DNA from: Amoeboaphelidium protococcarum X5
Taxonomy: Eukaryota > Fungi > Aphelidiomycota
DNA: 64,000 nucleotides
Reading direction: 5' to 3'
NCBI GenBank assembly: GCA_023515725.1
Contig: JALDTO010000179.1
Location: 454,053-518,052 of the forward strand
Shown: one piece after another, positions 40,513 through 54,059 of the stretch
Numbering within the stretch: position 1 is the first letter of the stretch
How the letters are laid out: each line of letters opens with the position of its first letter
Position numbers and translations under genes: made by a program
Notes under the pieces: model-generated
The model's input: the letters and a program-made list of their open reading frames with translations, nothing else
Databases searched by the model: none
What the model was told of the DNA's origin: nothing

Positions 40513-41091
40513 TCAAGCCGTCACCTGTATAGTCTTCAACGGAACCTTTTCATCGCGATCAATTAGCGCCTTGACACCACTCTCAGGCAAGTTTGAGTAG
40601 TTGTAGAGCTTGTAATAAACCGCACTCCATCTGACCAAGTATAACATCACTGAAAGAGGGAGGAACAGCTATCCAGGCAGAAAGGCAGACAGCGTAATGT
40701 TATCCAAGTAAGACCAGGTGGCGATAGACGCAAAGAGCAATGTGAAATCGCGTTCAATCCATTTATTTACAGGCAGTATGCACAAGTATGGAAATACAGC
40801 GTTACCCAGAATGAAGCAAGGCGACATGAGAAGTACCACAAAATATCCTTGATTCGTCACAATAAGTACTGTGACAATTACAACGAAAATTGGTGAGAAT
40901 ACCAAAGCAAGTGCCAATGATGATGAACAAACGACCAACTTTTCGCTAAGCTTCTTCTAACCATCCTTATTTGAGATGCTGTATCCATAAAGCACAAGAA
41001 GAACAGCTTAAATGATAGACCCTAAAACGGGTCAAACGTAATTCAAATCAATTTTGCTACCAATAAACTCTAGACTAATGTAGTCCACCAT
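40513..41091 (-). pseudogene. Tandem paralogue of the 39677..40249 membrane protein with one internal TGA
   Basis: YV*PVL aligns with VWWPVL; GN..F.Y and TWSYLDN motifs conserved; TGA at 41032-41034. Confidence 0.6.
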
Positions 41092-41357
41092 TCTTATTTG
41101 TGATTACAGGAGAGCGCTTAGACTTGTCAATGCGAAAATAGGTTATGAAAACGTTGATTTTTAATCCACATTCACACGACATTTATACACTCGGCTTAAA
41201 ACCGCCCATGTTTCCCTCTAATTTGGTCCCACTAGTACCGTACATCTTTTAAGAGAACATATTAAGCAAACGCGTCTAAGGCTTCATACAACCATTAAAA
41301 AAAGAAGATCTCCAATGACATGGTTACAACAAATCGCGACTGTATGACTTTATTCAC

Positions 41358-41500
41358 TCATAATGTTATGTCAAACTTGCCAGTATTATCCTTGACGAAC
41401 ACTTGAGATTCTGTAACAATGCAGTCGATCAAGTCATGTGGTGTGACATCAAAAGCTGGATTCCAAACATTGATACTCTTCGGAGCAATATTAACTTGTC
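41358..41500 (-). pseudogene. MRI1: Methylthioribose-1-phosphate isomerase C-terminal fragment
   Basis: [27 protein letters not shown]; the rest of the gene is missing upstream. Confidence 0.7.
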
Positions 41501-41769
41501 GTGTCCTTTGTCTACTTCTTCGCACTTTTCCGACTCCTCTGTGTAATACTTTCAATTTTTATTTCCTGTTTGATTGGGCTGCCTACTAATTACTTCTTTA
41601 AATTTGAGCACTGTTACTATAATACGGCGGCAACCGCCGAATGCCAGAGCGGACGGGCGGAAAACTTCGGGCGGACGAGCGGAAAGCGAGCGGAACGATT
41701 TTCGTCAAACACGCGGAAGCGTGTAACAAGTCGGACACTTGGAGAATGTGTTATATTATTTTAGTTTAT

Positions 41770-42348
41770 TCAACGACAGTGTTCACATTTACATTTCAAC
41801 TTGTTGCCTAAAAAGTATTGTTTACTATAACTAATAGTAAGCTCTTCTCCGACAGCAATATTACGGGTTGCCTTAAATCTGAACTCTTTTCCCGGCATTG
41901 AAGAGCATATCAGATTAGGACGGCAACTATGATTGAGAAAATACGTTGGTCCGTCAAATACATCATTGACACCCACCATATTCACATAAAAATTGCGTTG
42001 ATTCTTCTTGCCAACTTCTGAAGTTTTTTCTGCAGCCATTGCATTCCTAAAACCAATCAGGCCTTTCAGTACTGTGCCAGCTCTTATAGTTTATTCAGCA
42101 TATACTCCCAACTCATTCTCTAATGCAGTTCCAAGCTTAAATTAATTCCCGTCGTGAAATGCATTATAGAAGTACTTCATGCAGTTCTTAAACCGTGGCA
42201 ACGACTTTGCAAGGTGATTCTTTTTATAAAAACTGTTACACAACTTTTTAAACTATTCCATAGTCATAGTTTAATTCTAAATATCAAAAGCTTTTATCAT
42301 TGACAGATAAGATTTATAACATGATGACTAAACTTTATTCCTCTTCAT
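41770..42348 (-). CDS. Compact SET-domain methyltransferase, Suv4-20/Set9-like; start approximate
   Basis: LGVYAEQTIRAG, GPTYFLNHSCRPN, IAVGEELTISYSKQYF, post-SET CKCEHC. Confidence 0.7.
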
Positions 42349-42988
42349 TTTGAAAGTTTTATCGTTAAGGGTCAAGAGACAATCAGGCGACTGATGCGCT
42401 TTGGAATGTACTCTACTGTACTGCAAACATTTGACGTGGAAAATTATTGTCACTTTTCTATTAAACACTATGAAATTTTATTATAGTAATATTGATGTAT
42501 TATGAACTCAGAATCTTACGCGGTATTTTGGTTTAAAATAATTATAAATGGATTATCATCTTTAAAACTTACCCTGCCATGCCTTACCATGTTCACGGAG
42601 TGAGGGTACGTGCGACGCTTGAGAGATAGTGATATATTTGCATGCTTCCCTTTAGTGCAAAATAAGGCTGGTAACCTTAACAAATGAGATTCACATGCTG
42701 GCAGATTAAATGATTTTTTGATGGTAGATCAATGTCAATATTGCCTCAATATCCGTTTTACACACCTTAAGCCTAAAAAGAGCTGAATTTATTGATGTCA
42801 CAATTAATGAATACATCCATTAGGATATCAATATAATACCTGTGATAAAAAAAGATATTACATACTGTACAATTAAAACAATTTGTTACGAATTAAATAG
42901 TTTGCTAAATTAGCATCTCGTATCGTATTTAAAATTTTCAGTTAATTACAACACTTATAAAAACCATCTTCGCATATGATTAATATGC

Positions 42989-43265
42989 GTGAGAGCGGAA
43001 CAGTGAGAGCGGAATACTTGAGTGAGAGCGGAATACTTGAGTGAGAGCGGAATACTTGAGTGAGAGCGGAATACTTGAGTGAGAGCGGAATACTTGAGTG
43101 AGAGCGGAACAGCGAGAGCGGAACAATGAGAGCGGAACAGTGAGAGCGGAACAGTGAGAGCGGAATACTTGAGTGAGAGCGGAATACTTGAGTGAGAGCG
43201 GAACAGTGAGAGCGGAACAGTGAGAGCGGAACAGTGAGAGCGGAACAGTGAGAGCGGAACAGTGA
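42989..43265 (+). repeat. Minisatellite of 17 units mixing 14-bp GTGAGAGCGGAACA and 19-bp GTGAGAGCGGAATACTTGA
   Basis: Read directly; unit order S L5 S4 L2 S5; only two point variants. Confidence 0.95.
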
Positions 43266-43666
43266 TTCGGGGCAAAGCGAGGTGAAACGAAACAACAATT
43301 TGGAACAGTGGGAGTTACCCCTAATTGATCATCTCTGTTTCAACCGTCCCGCTCTATTGGATATTCAAAATCTCGATTAGGCAATTGTTAAATATATTGG
43401 GCAATTTTTCGAATCATTTATAAGCAACAGTCTGTAACAGGAAATTTTTCATGCAATTTTTAAGCGATAATCTGTAATAGGAAATTCTTGAATCTATTAT
43501 TATCGCCCCTCCTCACTATTGAACTTCTTTCATTTACCGTGTTAATTAAGTATCTATAATAATTATCGTGTTATACCTGACTCTTGTCACACTATCAACA
43601 TTATCAACAACTATAGCCTGCTCTGCTGTAAGTAACTAACTTTGTCCTATATCAATATCAATCTAA

Positions 43667-46444
43667 ATGTCTAACGCCGCTCCTACTGATTTCTGCTCTA
43701 TCTGCTCTAAGTCTTACACTAATTTGAGTAAGCACAACAGTGCCTCTCACACTCCTTCTGTGGCTGTCTTGGTTAATGGTCTAACACAGACCATTGATAG
43801 ACAGCCTGACGGTAAGTTTCATTGTCCTAATTCTAATTGTTCGGTTACTATCATAGATGTATCCAAAATCAAGAGACACGTCGTGAGATGTGCAATTGAT
43901 TAGTCAATTTAGTCTACCCTGCAATAATCTGATTAGGCGATTGCTCCATAACCTCAACCATTGCCTTCCACCACACAGGCTTTGAATTTTGATCTACCTC
44001 ATCTGTCTGGCGTGTACTTCAACCCCAAGCTGGGTTGTTTCATCTGCCTCCACCATGGCTATGCTGTCCGGCGCACTGCTATTGTCACTCACATGAAAGT
44101 AAATCATGGCTTCTCCGTCACTTTGGAAGCTCTGTTGGCCCACTTCCAGATTGACTCCTCTGCCTTCATCGAAGAGTATGGTTTTGGCCCTGCTGACACA
44201 CCTCACGATGCATATCTTGGCCTGAAGATTGAAAAGAAGTCTTTTTGCAGCAACTGCACTATCCTTGTCTGCCATGACACTGCACGTAAGGATCATGGCT
44301 CCCACTCAGTTACGTAGGTTGACGCGTAAACAGTATATCAAGGTGTGCAGAGCGTGTCCTACTTCCGTGTAGTGATCCCTGATGCATCAACAGCTATTAA
44401 TGCAGCAGATGCTGCCATCAACTAATTCCTTGGTAGTTTGCTTGAACCAGCTATTGGTCCTCCTCCTGATAATCCTGCTACCGGCGGCAATACTGACGAT
44501 ACTCATTTTCAAGCATTTGAGTCCAAAATGTCTTTTGCACATTATGTGCAAAGACGCGCTGACTATCTTACTGAGATCAAATCAGCAATGGAGCTGTAGG
44601 CTGTTGATAGGTCCACCCATTTGGAATTGCTCTTTAGATACCTTATGCAGTGTATGTCCTCTGTTCCTGCTATGTCTTATCCGTTGCGCCAAGCAGTGAT
44701 GGGTGCTGATCATGCAAATGCCCTGAAACCGCTAGAAAGCGGTGCTACCCTGAAGAGGTACGCTGATCAATTTCTTGATTTTGCTTATTATATGATGGCT
44801 GATGAGATGTCCTCTGGTAGTGTTCCTCCCGAATTCGATGTTGCACTAATCAAGAGAGTTGTCCTCAAGGTAATCAGTTAGAAAATTGATCATATTCGCT
44901 CAAGCCGTGATGAGAGCTACTGCTACCGCTTCCTGGGACAGCTCTATCATGGTGGACAGTGCAGAGTACAGTCCTTCCGTCACAGGGTGGCCTTTCTGCT
45001 TTACTGCCTTCGTCTGGTGACCGCATATGTGGTATATACTGACACAAGTGATGCAAGCCATTCGGCGCTGCTAGACTGCTTCTCCTCTGCTTCTGGGAAT
45101 GTCAACGAGCTCCTCACTTCTCAAAAGATAATGGTTGGCCTGGAGTCTTAGGTGTAGAAGGTGGCGAGCATCTACCTTCATCCTACTCTACCCGACACGT
45201 ACATTGTCGAGGGTCAGTAGTTCTCTCTGCCCAAGTTCCAAGGCGCTGTACAAATGGTCCTTGAACAATGCAAGGAGCTGTCCTCTCTCCTCTGTCTCCC
45301 TCCTATCTCTATCCACACATTGGGCTATGACAATGTTCAGAATGTTGAAACTGGATATGGTTTGCTGCCTTGCTACCTGGTGGCAAATAAGAGCGTTGTT
45401 GTTGACTCGTTGAAGGCCTTTTTGATTAAGCATAATATCTTGCAGCTGGATCGTGATAATATCTGTCTGCGTTATCGCGAATACTCAGAGCCATTGTTGG
45501 AGTAGTTGATGTGGCTCATACACATTCTGACTGGTTAGCCTCCACGAGCATCTGAGGCTGTTGAGCTGCTCCTTGAGAATACCTCCTCTCTCCAGCGCAG
45601 CGTAATGGTGGTGATGGATACGCTTGCCTTCCTCCCTCCTTACAACAAGACGGATTCAATTACTGGTCAGCACAAGGTAATTGTCCGATTCTCATGCCAG
45701 CTGCTTGATGCTGTCCTTCTGCCCTATCTGTTAGTAGCTAGAAATATAGAGAAGATGCTCACACGTGACGAGTAGCTGTCTGTCTCTCTTGGTACGTACG
45801 TGTGTGCTGGTCCTACGGGTCGGTGGTCTGCTGACTAATATCGCACCACGATCAAAAAGGTGTTTGCAAAGTCAATGTTTGGAATGGATATGGGTGTAAA
45901 AGTCTATCGTCATTTATCTGCTACTTTGGTCAGGTAGTCTCTGCTTACTGTTACTGGCGACTGCTATTTGCCACCTTACGATCAGTAACGTGGTCATACT
46001 ACCAAATTGGCTGAGGACCATTATGGCCTACTAAATGTGGATGTATAGTCTGTCGGTAATAGTGTCCTACAAGCATTTTACGTAGCCTCTCGCCGTTGGT
46101 AAGTGTTGCTTGGTGTGGCCTCTTAGAGTAAATTGTTTCAACACACCATATTGAGTGATACACCTGCTAGCTCTGCATTGTTGGATGGACGCGCCCCGCC
46201 TGCTTCTACTACTTCTCTGACTCCCTAATAACAACTGGCTACTCAATCTGTCAATAACATTTGCATTCTTAATCTCCGTAACAGTGACCAGGTGCAAATT
46301 GAGTCTAGTCTCCAAGATCTAGATGCAAGGATGTCACTGCAGTTGAAGGAGAAACTGAAGTCATGCGGCATGGTGGATTGGATTTGCAGAGATGAAATGC
46401 AAAGTCTAATAAACACACTTTTTTGTGTTGCTGGTAACGAATGA
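43667..46444 (+). mobile_element. Zinc-finger/DUF3505-like plus tyrosine-recombinase-like protein of the telomere-linked helicase N-terminal type, 925 aa
   Basis: CSIC..H/CPNSNC..H fingers; FICLHHGYAV..IVTHMKVNH; TGQPPRASE, YNKT, VYRH, DQQRGHT, DHYG, ASRRWQ. Confidence 0.7.
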
Positions 46445-47513
46445 TAAATGATGATGGTAATGTTATAGAATCGATATTTTGTCCGAAATTTATGTTTATA
46501 CAACATCTCTCAGAGTAATATTAAAAATCATTCTATGAAGTGCTTGCAAAAGCTATATGTTAATTTTCTCATCTGCATGTTCCGAAAATCTTCCCTTAAA
46601 GGACCCACAGTCTAAATGAAATTATTGCAACACTGTAGTATAAGAATCTCCAAATTTAGTCACAATGTTTATCAGTCATGCTTTACGTTTACATGTCAAA
46701 TCTTGCTAAACATGCAATCATTACAAATACCGACTTAGAATCATCATTACCGATTTACAATGAGCCAGCGTAGAAATTGTTCCAGTGCCTATGCAGAGAG
46801 TCGATCTTCAGGGACTTGATTCCACGACGATTGGGCCGCCTACGTAAACTACTGACAGAGGCGATCAGTTACAAATTCACTGCTTAATGATGGTCTCAAT
46901 CCTTAAAGAACATTTTGTTAAATTGTTGCTTTATCTTACGAGTCCCATGCTAGCTCTCGGTAGGCAAGATTCCCTCCAACGTGGGATCGTGCGAGTACTG
47001 TTAAAGCATTCTGTTTATACTGCAAGTAAGAAGCGCATTTCGACATGAACATTTAGGATTATATTTGCTGCACATTTATCTTTTGACATGATATATTGAC
47101 CGCTTATAATGAAAATTATTGAGAAAGAGGCGCGTCTTTGGTGAGCACAAGAGCTGTTTTACTGGCACAACCATCTAATTATCTTCTTTAATATGCTGAG
47201 ACGATGCCACTAAAATATGGTCTGCTTAATGCCAGTGCATGATATACCCAACGCCGTTTCTTTCATTATTGATGCGTCATTTCATACCTCTACAACAGCT
47301 TTGGAGTGATAGAGCTTAAGTAAAGTTTAATGAACGGGTGATGTGCGATTGGATAATGTTGACTATTTATTTTTAGATTCAGGTTACTACCTAAATTGTG
47401 GGGCCGCTGTGGTTCAACTGTCCTCATCTAATCTCCATTGCGCTTCTTTGACCTTTGTAGTACATTGCCTGCGTATACTCTATTATATATTGTATCTGTA
47501 CATCTTCCCACTA

Positions 47514-50132
47514 ATGGCTTAGTTATCTACTTAGTTTCCACTTGGGTATTCATCTTGCCAACGTGCACTGGGCTTTACTGAAAGCATTCCTTACCTCATC
47601 CTTTGCGAAGAGGTGTCCACCAACTCCTCTGTCATTGTGCCCATGTATCGCAATGGCTCAACGCTTCCTAGTTAAAAGCTCAATCTCGGCAATGGTGTGT
47701 CCTAGGTGCTGGATATGGCTCTTGATTCAAATCGCAATATCTACATCACTGGCGTCTTCAATGAAGATGTATTTCTTTTAAAGTATAATCAAAATCTCAC
47801 TGTGGCTTGGTATCGTGTATTTTAATCTGTGTGGTATGACTCTCCATCCTCTATCTTCTTGGCGAATTCCGACGCGCTAGTTGGTGTTACTGGCATCACC
47901 TACGGCGCTATGGGTGCGAATGTCAATAAAGGTTAGGTTGATGCTTTCTGCATGACATATTTAGCTGGTAATGGCACTTTTAAATGGGCTATTTTGGCCG
48001 GAGGAACCTAAAATGATAAGGCTTCCGTAGGGATTGACTTTTCTGGTGTCGGTATAGCTTTCGCGGGCTATCAGCAGACAGTGAACTTGTCTTAGACTGC
48101 GTTTGTCTAGGCTGTGCGATACAGTGATGGTGCTTTATTATGGTCGAATGGTTTGAATAATACTTTCAGCGAGTATCATGCGCTTCTGGCTAAAGACAAT
48201 ATGCTCTATGTGTCCGGTAAGGTTCATGGAAACGTGAATGGGTTGGATACCTTCTCTGATACTCAGATCTACATTGGTCGCTACTCCTCCAGTGGAGTCA
48301 TGGACACTGCGTATAATGTGCTATATGGCTCAAACTCGTAGGTGGAGATTGTCTATGGTGGTGTTTATGATTAAAAGAATGATTTGTGGGTCTCTGTTGG
48401 TGAGTGGTATTTATCGGCATTAAATTATTACTCATTCAGCACACTATCTGGCAGAAATTAGACTGTATACTCCACCACTTTAGCGATTGGCTTGAAACGA
48501 GTTGCTATTGGGCTTTAACGTGAGCTTTTGTTCGTGTCCTGTAACACAAGCTGCTCTTTGATTCTGGACAATACCACATTGCCGTCTTTTGATGCACTTT
48601 TGCCTGTGGTAGTCACGTCCGTATCGTCTCCTGTTGTGTCTTCTACATTGTCGCCTGAGTAGTCAAGCGTCGGATCTGCAGTTGAATCAAGCTCATATGG
48701 TTAGACGACTTAAGTGTCCTCCCTGATGAGTAGCAGTTTAACCTTCGATAGTACTCCATTAGTCGATTGGACGACTTCCTAAAGTGCGACTACAACCATG
48801 GGTTTCGTTAGCTCTCCTACTACTTTTGCAATTGCATCATCCTCGACGTAGTCGTCTATTAGCAGCGGAGGCACATCTAGCAATGATTATAGCTCTTCGC
48901 AATTGTTCGGTCATGCTAGTAGTTAGCCGATATTTCTATTACAATCTGGCCAGTAGGCTTCGGCGTCGTGGATAACGTTTGCAATCAATGGTTAGATCGC
49001 TTCCTCTGTATCTACTTAATCTGAAAATTTGGGTTAGACGTCTTTGATTAATAATGGCTCTAACAGCCAAGGTATTGCGCTACTTGATACGGCGGTATTG
49101 ATCCCTATAATTGTCGGTGTTTCTATCGCGTTCATAGTCATGGCAGTGTGTGCTTTCCTGTGGATCCGTCGTTTGCGCAGTAAGATGCGTAAAATCCAAA
49201 CTAAATTAAAATCCACATTGGTAACCTCTACCGTTTAAGAGGTCTCATCATATTAAAATGCGTCTGTGAATGACACTATTGGCATGGCCTCCACATATGG
49301 TGCCACCATGATTAACACATCCATGGAAATTTCTATTCCAGCTCATCTATAAGCTCAGTTCGGTGTCGACTATCGTAATATGCAGAAACTGGCGGCTGGT
49401 GGAGCCGGTGAAATATATTTGTGTCAGTTGTTATCAAACCAGGTCCAAGCTCGCAACTAGAAGCAGTCGCTGGCAGTTTGTAAAATTATCAACGAAGAAA
49501 TGGTAGAGAGTAACTAGAAATACAACATGGCGGCATTCTACTAAGAAGTTAGTCTGCTATTCAAATTTCACGGTGATCCTCTGTTTGCTCAATTAATTGC
49601 TTTCTCCGATGATCCTTACTCAATGGTATTGACGTATTATCCATTCGGATCGTTATAAGATTACATTTACGGCAAAAATGTGGAAAGCATCAAGTATTTG
49701 TACACAAAGCGTTAAGCCTTGCAGTTACTAAAGTACACCGCTGTTGCACTTTATAAATTGCATGCTATATAGGTTGCCCACTGCGACATCAAGCCTGCAA
49801 ATATTCTCCTCTAAGTAGGTGCCGATGGCTTGCTATGGCCAGCGCTCGCAGATTTTGGCATCTCCTAGATGTTGAATCCTGAAGGTCTCTAGGTGAAAGC
49901 ATTTAAAGTAAGCTCTCTGCGTGGATTATCAATGTCTTATGCATCACCGGAAAGTATTCTCTGTTATAGAAATCTCTTGCCTTCAAGTTAAGTTTCATGG
50001 ACGGCCAGTGACGTGTACTCTTTATCGATTGTCATGTTAGGAATGATGACGCGCTCTTTAATCTGGAACTCAGGAACAGTGTAATTAAACAGGTCCCCAT
50101 AAGCTATTACTAAATAGCTTTTTGAATCATGA
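47514..50132 (+). CDS. Receptor-like protein kinase (beta-propeller-like ectodomain, S/T stalk, TM, kinase); start uncertain
   Basis: MALDSNRNIYITG..DVFLLKY SBBP-like repeats; TM LIPIIVGVSIAFIVMAVCAFLWIRR; LAAGGAGEIY, HCDIKPANILL, DFGIS, YASPE, SDVYSL. Confidence 0.85.
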
Positions 50133-50559
50133 TGGAATTTGGAATAAAGATATATAAGTATTAAAAAGCTACTTTGTTTTCTTGCATTAATTCATACTGA
50201 ATACAACTCTAGATAATATGTATAAGCATTTGAATGCGCTTAACTGAATTTTTTCAGGTTATAAATGTTGGCACGGAGTAGGTTTATAACTGAGATAAAC
50301 ATATTAATAATATTTTCCATATATCATGCCGTTCTAAAATTTTACACCTACTTAATATTCATTTTTATCCAGACGGATGGCAACTCTCCACTTCAAACGA
50401 TACTAACCATGGGCCAACTTTGGCACTTTTTAGCTCAGTGTATATATATCACTAACATGACGAAGAATCCAAAAATTACTTATTGGCCGATAACTTGTAA
50501 TAAGAGAAATTTTCTGGCATCCGTAAATAGTTTACTCATTTCATCCGGAATTTCCAATG

Positions 50560-52450
50560 TCAATAGCGATTGCAAGTCATCTTCTGTTGTTTACGCTTGC
50601 CTAATTTACTTTCGTTATTCCTCCCAATCATTGTTACTACCGCGTTTTATCTTAGTAGTTGGTTCAGTCCTTGACACATCAAGTGAATTATGCACGTTAT
50701 CATACCGGTTCGCTTACTCCGCATACTCACCGGATGGATACAAATCACCACTATCGCGGCAACTACGCCTGGCGTAAGAACTACTTTACTGTATGGAGCC
50801 ATTAAAGTTAACACTGATGTCCAAAGTTAGAGATTAATTGACTACTTTTTACGCCTTCATTGACGGGGAGTTCCTTTTTGCTAGCTCCATAAGATAAGGC
50901 ATCGCGCTATACAGCGCATTCCAAATTGTATTCTGGCGCGCAGATGCAAAAATTGTCTACATCTTCTCTCCCCCAAAGGCAGCCAGTTATCCGAATTGAA
51001 TGCGAACCAAATTTAAGTCTCTGGCGAGCGCTCATGAACAGTTCGATCTATACTTATCATGATAGGTTTAGTATTACAGTTTAACTCACCAATTCCAGTG
51101 TTATCAGGTAGCCATCTTTTGGAAGTGAACAAAAATCCAAATTGAGCTTTGACAAGTAGACGTGAGCCAGTAAACAGCGATCATGGCGTTGTTCTGATAC
51201 CTCACGGTCTGACTGCAACGTTAAAGGAACACGACTCTTACCTTTCATATTAAACGCGATACCATTTATATCTCCACGAAAGACGTCGACTCCTCAATTT
51301 ACACTATTCACATTTGAGCGCGAGTAAAATTTTAAATCGTGGCAGTTCAGTGTTTCGTAGGAACAGTTTACACCCAGTTAAAATCATTGTGTAGAACATG
51401 ACCTCGTACAAGCTGTTTTAGGAATGCAGAAGTTTCTGTATGTTCATAATGTCACATGTCGTTAGAGGAGAGTCGCCTTTACTTAATGACATTTGAGACT
51501 CTTGCACTTAGGTTTTTTAGTGCTACGATCTCGTGGATTCCCACGTCTTATCAATAGTTTACGTCGATGTGCAGTATGTCGCAACCGGAATACTGTCTGT
51601 TTAAATCCTCCACAATGCACTCGGGACAGACGTCTTCATATTGGGTCATTCTATTCAAGTGCACCATGAACCGCTCTAACTGCAGGTAAGAACCAAGTCA
51701 CATTGACCGGAGAATTATATCCAACTTGAACCTTCAACGCGTTGCCCAAAAGATCTTTCACCACCCGCCCATCCTTACCCACTGAGTCGCTTTCAGGTTA
51801 CTTCGTCGTAAACAAAACGAAGGCAGCAATGGTTTTGACAATCATTGAGAGGCTAAATCTAGTCGGACATCTGACATGGACCATTAGAAGACTTTCATAG
51901 TCCCCAATGAAAGACCATAAATATCTCATGCCTACAAACGGAGCTCTAACAACATACAGAATTCGGATAATTACCTTTGTAATACTTATGATACTTTTTA
52001 ATGAATTGTCTGCCAGCACACAATGCACTTTGAGCTCTGATACGTCTTTTGACAACAATAATGCAATTTTTAGAGGGTTGTTTCAACTCCTTGATGCGCT
52101 AAATGCTTCACCTTCCGCAGATATCCAGTAAACCTCCGTATTTTTTCCACTGTCTACCTGATAGCTCTAGTAATACGCTGTTCGCCTTGTGTTACATCTG
52201 AGCTGTGAAGTTCAGATTCCGCGCTGTGGCCCATATCATCATCCGAGTCAGTTTGCATGATCTCGTGCCCTTGGTTATTCGTGGTTGGAATTAGTTGTGA
52301 CAATGGTTTTGATCACATCCCAGGTGTTTACAGTATTATGTTTATATAAAGAAAGATATTGTACCAAGTTCACCGTAGACCAGTTAACAAAAGTTCCTCA
52401 GTCGCTGCCATTGTGTAGCGAGTTCCTTTATTATGCCGAAGCTGCCATTG
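50560..52450 (-). pseudogene. Degenerate Crypton-like tyrosine recombinase, paralogue of 57949..60381; boundaries approximate
   Basis: MRYLWSFIGDYESLLM, CKLFLRNTEL, KFGSHSIRITG, PYLMELAK; multiple frameshifts and stops. Confidence 0.7.
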
Positions 52451-52848
52451 CGCTACTTATAGATCTGCGGTCCTGTTTACTCGGTACAACGCGTTTGCTT
52501 GTGATATTAACACACTGCGGCTCAAGGAAATAACGCTTAGAAAATCATTTCACTCAATTAACCGTGATGTCTGTCTGTTTCACAATGTCAAACGTCTCTA
52601 AGGCAAATAGTAGCGTCACGTCACGTCGATTGCGCTGCTGTCAAACTTGACGCTGTGAAACGCGAGGGATACGACACAAATCACGCATCGAATATATTCT
52701 GAAGATCAGTCCAGAAGAAGATGAGCCTTGATACTTGCCCCTTAATACGCAATTTAAGGAGTCGAACTCCGTAATGCCGATGAGTGGTTGTCTGTACGAC
52801 AGCGACATCCCTTTTGCCTTTTTGAAAAAAGCGCAAAGATTTATTAGT

Positions 52849-53556
52849 ATGATTTCCGTCTTATTATTTGCTATTGCTTGCAGTGCCAGTGTTATTTAAT
52901 TAACACGTGAAATCAAACCACTAGAGGTGGATTATACTTGTACGGGTTCAAATGTTCCGCTATATTTTGGCTATCCTTATATGAATTGGACCTTTGACAG
53001 AAATTTGATGAAAGTAGACTCTTTGAAAGTGTTCGCTGAACCATTGAAAGCATCCCGATTCATTGTTTAAGATTTTTAATTTGATGAAGTGAATCCAATC
53101 CGTTTGACTGTTGCTGTTAATGGCCTTTTATCAGAAGACATAGTGCCAGATACCGCGCCGGTGCGTTTGCGTAATGGAGATGTGAAGTAGTCTAATCTTG
53201 TGTATGATTTTGAGTACGATAGCAACATGACGCGCTCTCTCGCAAACGACTTTGTTCCGCATGAGCAGATGGAAGGTAGCACTACATCGACCTAAGGATG
53301 GGGTATTTCTGTTGGAGGTGCGTGCCGGGATTATGGCGGATGTCCTGTTGAGAAAGGCTATAAAACTTTAGTTCATCACTAGGATGCTGGTGAAGGAAAT
53401 TTTATTAAGTTTCATGATGGTGCTGAAATGTGGTTGTACTATGTCACGTCGGTTAATAAGATTTATTGGCCTAAAGACGGGCATCGTAATATAAGCACTG
53501 AGAAAATAGTTTCTTGCTGTGGGTTCAAGCTATCTAAGGAGTCTTTATAATTTTGA
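52849..53556 (+). CDS. Secreted hypothetical protein, 235 aa
   Basis: Open only with TAR=Gln; signal peptide MISVLLFAIACSAS; ATG to TGA; no recognised domain. Confidence 0.6.
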
Positions 53557-54059
53557 ACGTTTTTGCTTTAATGAATTTATCGGTCAACGTAATCTTTTCG
53601 ATGGCATTGTTTGGACTTTCAGTATTGTATCAAATACGCTTATGGACACTCGATCATATTCTCATCAGGTATTATACTTTCGTAGAGCTCAATTTTGTTC
53701 TAGCCTACTAATCAACATCCAGATACATAGTATCAAATTTATTCATTATTACATTGGTTTCGCTCACTTTATAGAATACTAGGTTAAGCTTACTCTTCTT
53801 TATCAGAAGATGAGACACTAAGATTTACCATCGACTTAGAGAGAGAAGCATCTGTAGATTAAGGCTAGCCATACAGTTAGTTCAACTTTAGCAGCACCTT
53901 AATCCAGTTGCCCGTATCTACTTGCCCAAAATGTAATACTTGTAAGCCAGCAGCACGAACTTACTCCACAATCGAGCTTGTATCATCGATAAGGCAGTGG
54001 AGGCCTTTCTATTACATAATGACCACCTTTTCACTTCTCTACCGACAAAAAAGCCACTG

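Noticed and set aside
41032-41034. TGA read as Trp or Sec
   Set aside because: A single TGG-to-TGA change in a duplicate explains it, and TGA terminates the other genes
42989-43265. CRISPR array, or the track ORFs 42942..43298 and 42955..43275
   Set aside because: No unique spacers and no cas genes; the ORFs are just translations of the repeat
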